Positions 62,816-64,000 of a stretch of DNA of 64,000 nt are shown here, piece by piece; positions within the stretch are counted from its first letter, which is position 1, and every line of letters begins with the position of its first letter. The stretch lies in assembly GCF_028641065.1 (NCBI RefSeq), contig NW_026576619.1, forward strand, positions 310,001 to 374,000. Direction: 5' to 3'. Source of the DNA: Leucoraja erinacea. Taxonomy: Eukaryota. The position numbers were made by a program, and so were the translations under genes. The notes under the pieces were generated by a model that ran no database searches, was not told where the DNA came from, and was given only the letters and a program-made list of their open reading frames with translations.

Positions 62816-63546
62816 CATCTCCCGTAAATCACTGATCTCCACCACTCTATGGACCTACTTCCACACCCCCCCCATGTTCATTCTCCAGCCCAGCCCATCC
62901 TACCCTCATACCCAGACTCGCTCCACCCCCTCTAGACACCTCATCGCCCCCCTCTGACCACCAGTGTCTCCACTCCGCCACACGTTGCCCGAACCACGGT
63001 CGCCCCATCTCCCCATAATCACTCCATCCTCATTCCGTCTCCTTACTCATCCAACCCTTCCGCGCCGCCTGCCCCTCCCCCTCCCTTTTTCATCACCCTC
63101 TCCAGTCTACCGAGCCCCACCCTCTCTACAGACCTCTATTCTCGGAGCTCCAACCCTGGCGAAACAACCTAACCCCTCCTCCCCTCTGCCGCCCCCCGCC
63201 CCCCCCCCCCCTCCTCTCTCCACCCCCACTACCCCCCCCCCCCGACAACTCCCGATAGATAGCCCCCTCATGTCACCGACTGGCAGACCAGACCCTCTCT
63301 CCTTTGCTCCGCATGGGATGACCGTGGTGACTCCGGCATGTAAACTACAGGTGCCTCCTCGCCAGAAAGAGACGCTCGATTTAGACTGAAGCGCAAATCC
63401 CTAAATTAACAGCAGAGAACATTCGAGATTGAACATTTAAAATAGACCGTGAAGAAGCTTCGGACCCAGCTCCGATTATTTAAACCGCGGAGTGTGGGGG
63501 GGGGGGGGGGGGGGGGGGGGGGGGTGACATTTGTCCTTTGATTTAC

Positions 63547-63845
63547 CTTGGAGAGTGAATTAATTCTCGCTCCGGTGAAAATCGTATCGGGAGCAGTTAA
63601 CCCGCTGGGCCGGCGTTCCAGTTAGTGACAGTTCTCGGTACAGGTGAACTAGAGCACAGACTGGTCCGCTCTGGGCTGGGCTAAGCTGGGCTGGGCTAAG
63701 CTTGTCTGAGCTGCGTCCTTCACACCCGCCGGCGAAACGCTTTCTGCCGCAATGCAGCCGCCACTCGCTCACCGAGTCCCGTCTGAACTACTTGACGAGC
63801 CGCAGAGCAGCCGCGTGTGTTCCTCCGCCTTTGTCCAGACCTCCC
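63547..63845 (-). other. MLLT11: Probable non-coding first exon(s) of MLLT11 (candidate donors at 63773/63772 TCG|GTGAGC and 63547/63546 AAG|GTAAAT)
   Basis: A CpG-rich island upstream of the coding exon with two donor-like sites on the - strand. Confidence 0.4.
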
Positions 63846-64000
63846 CCCTCATCTCCCCTATCCCTCACTCTCCTCTCCCCCACTCCTCCCACCTCTCCCC
63901 TCTCCCTCACTCTCCTCTCCCATCCCTCTCCTTCATCTCCCCCACCCCTATCTCCTCTCCCCCACCCCTATCTCCTCTCCCCCACACCTATCTCCTCTCC

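Overview
Eukaryotic, intron-containing vertebrate DNA. The repeat content (CR1 LINEs, HE1-type tRNA-derived SINEs, Penelope-like elements) points to a cartilaginous fish, most likely a skate or ray, and the gene content is homologous to human 1q21-q22. Gene order: 3' end of TMEM79 (+), an unidentified spliced gene (+, ~4.2-10.7 kb), GLMP (-), CCT3 (-), a GC-rich divergent promoter region, SSR2 (+), tRNA-Gly(TCC) (-), GABPB2 (-, with a 734-N gap in intron 1) and MLLT11/AF1q (-). Exon boundaries were derived by hand from GT-AG signals and from reading-frame continuity with vertebrate protein sequences as I recall them. Most long ORFs in the track are artefacts of poly-C/poly-G tracts and minisatellites. 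The C/G-rich parts show signs of low consensus accuracy (frameshifts in GLMP, stuttered duplicates). Most notable observations: many short Penelope-derived elements carrying a minimal hammerhead-ribozyme motif; a U12-type intron in SSR2; the unidentified gene with a tandemly duplicated 5' end and a 3' end overlapping GLMP; an unresolved CCT3 first exon with an in-frame distal alternative; apparent loss of a conserved GABPB exon; and hidden exon-like segments downstream of GABPB2. I found no prokaryote-type system and no CRISPR array.
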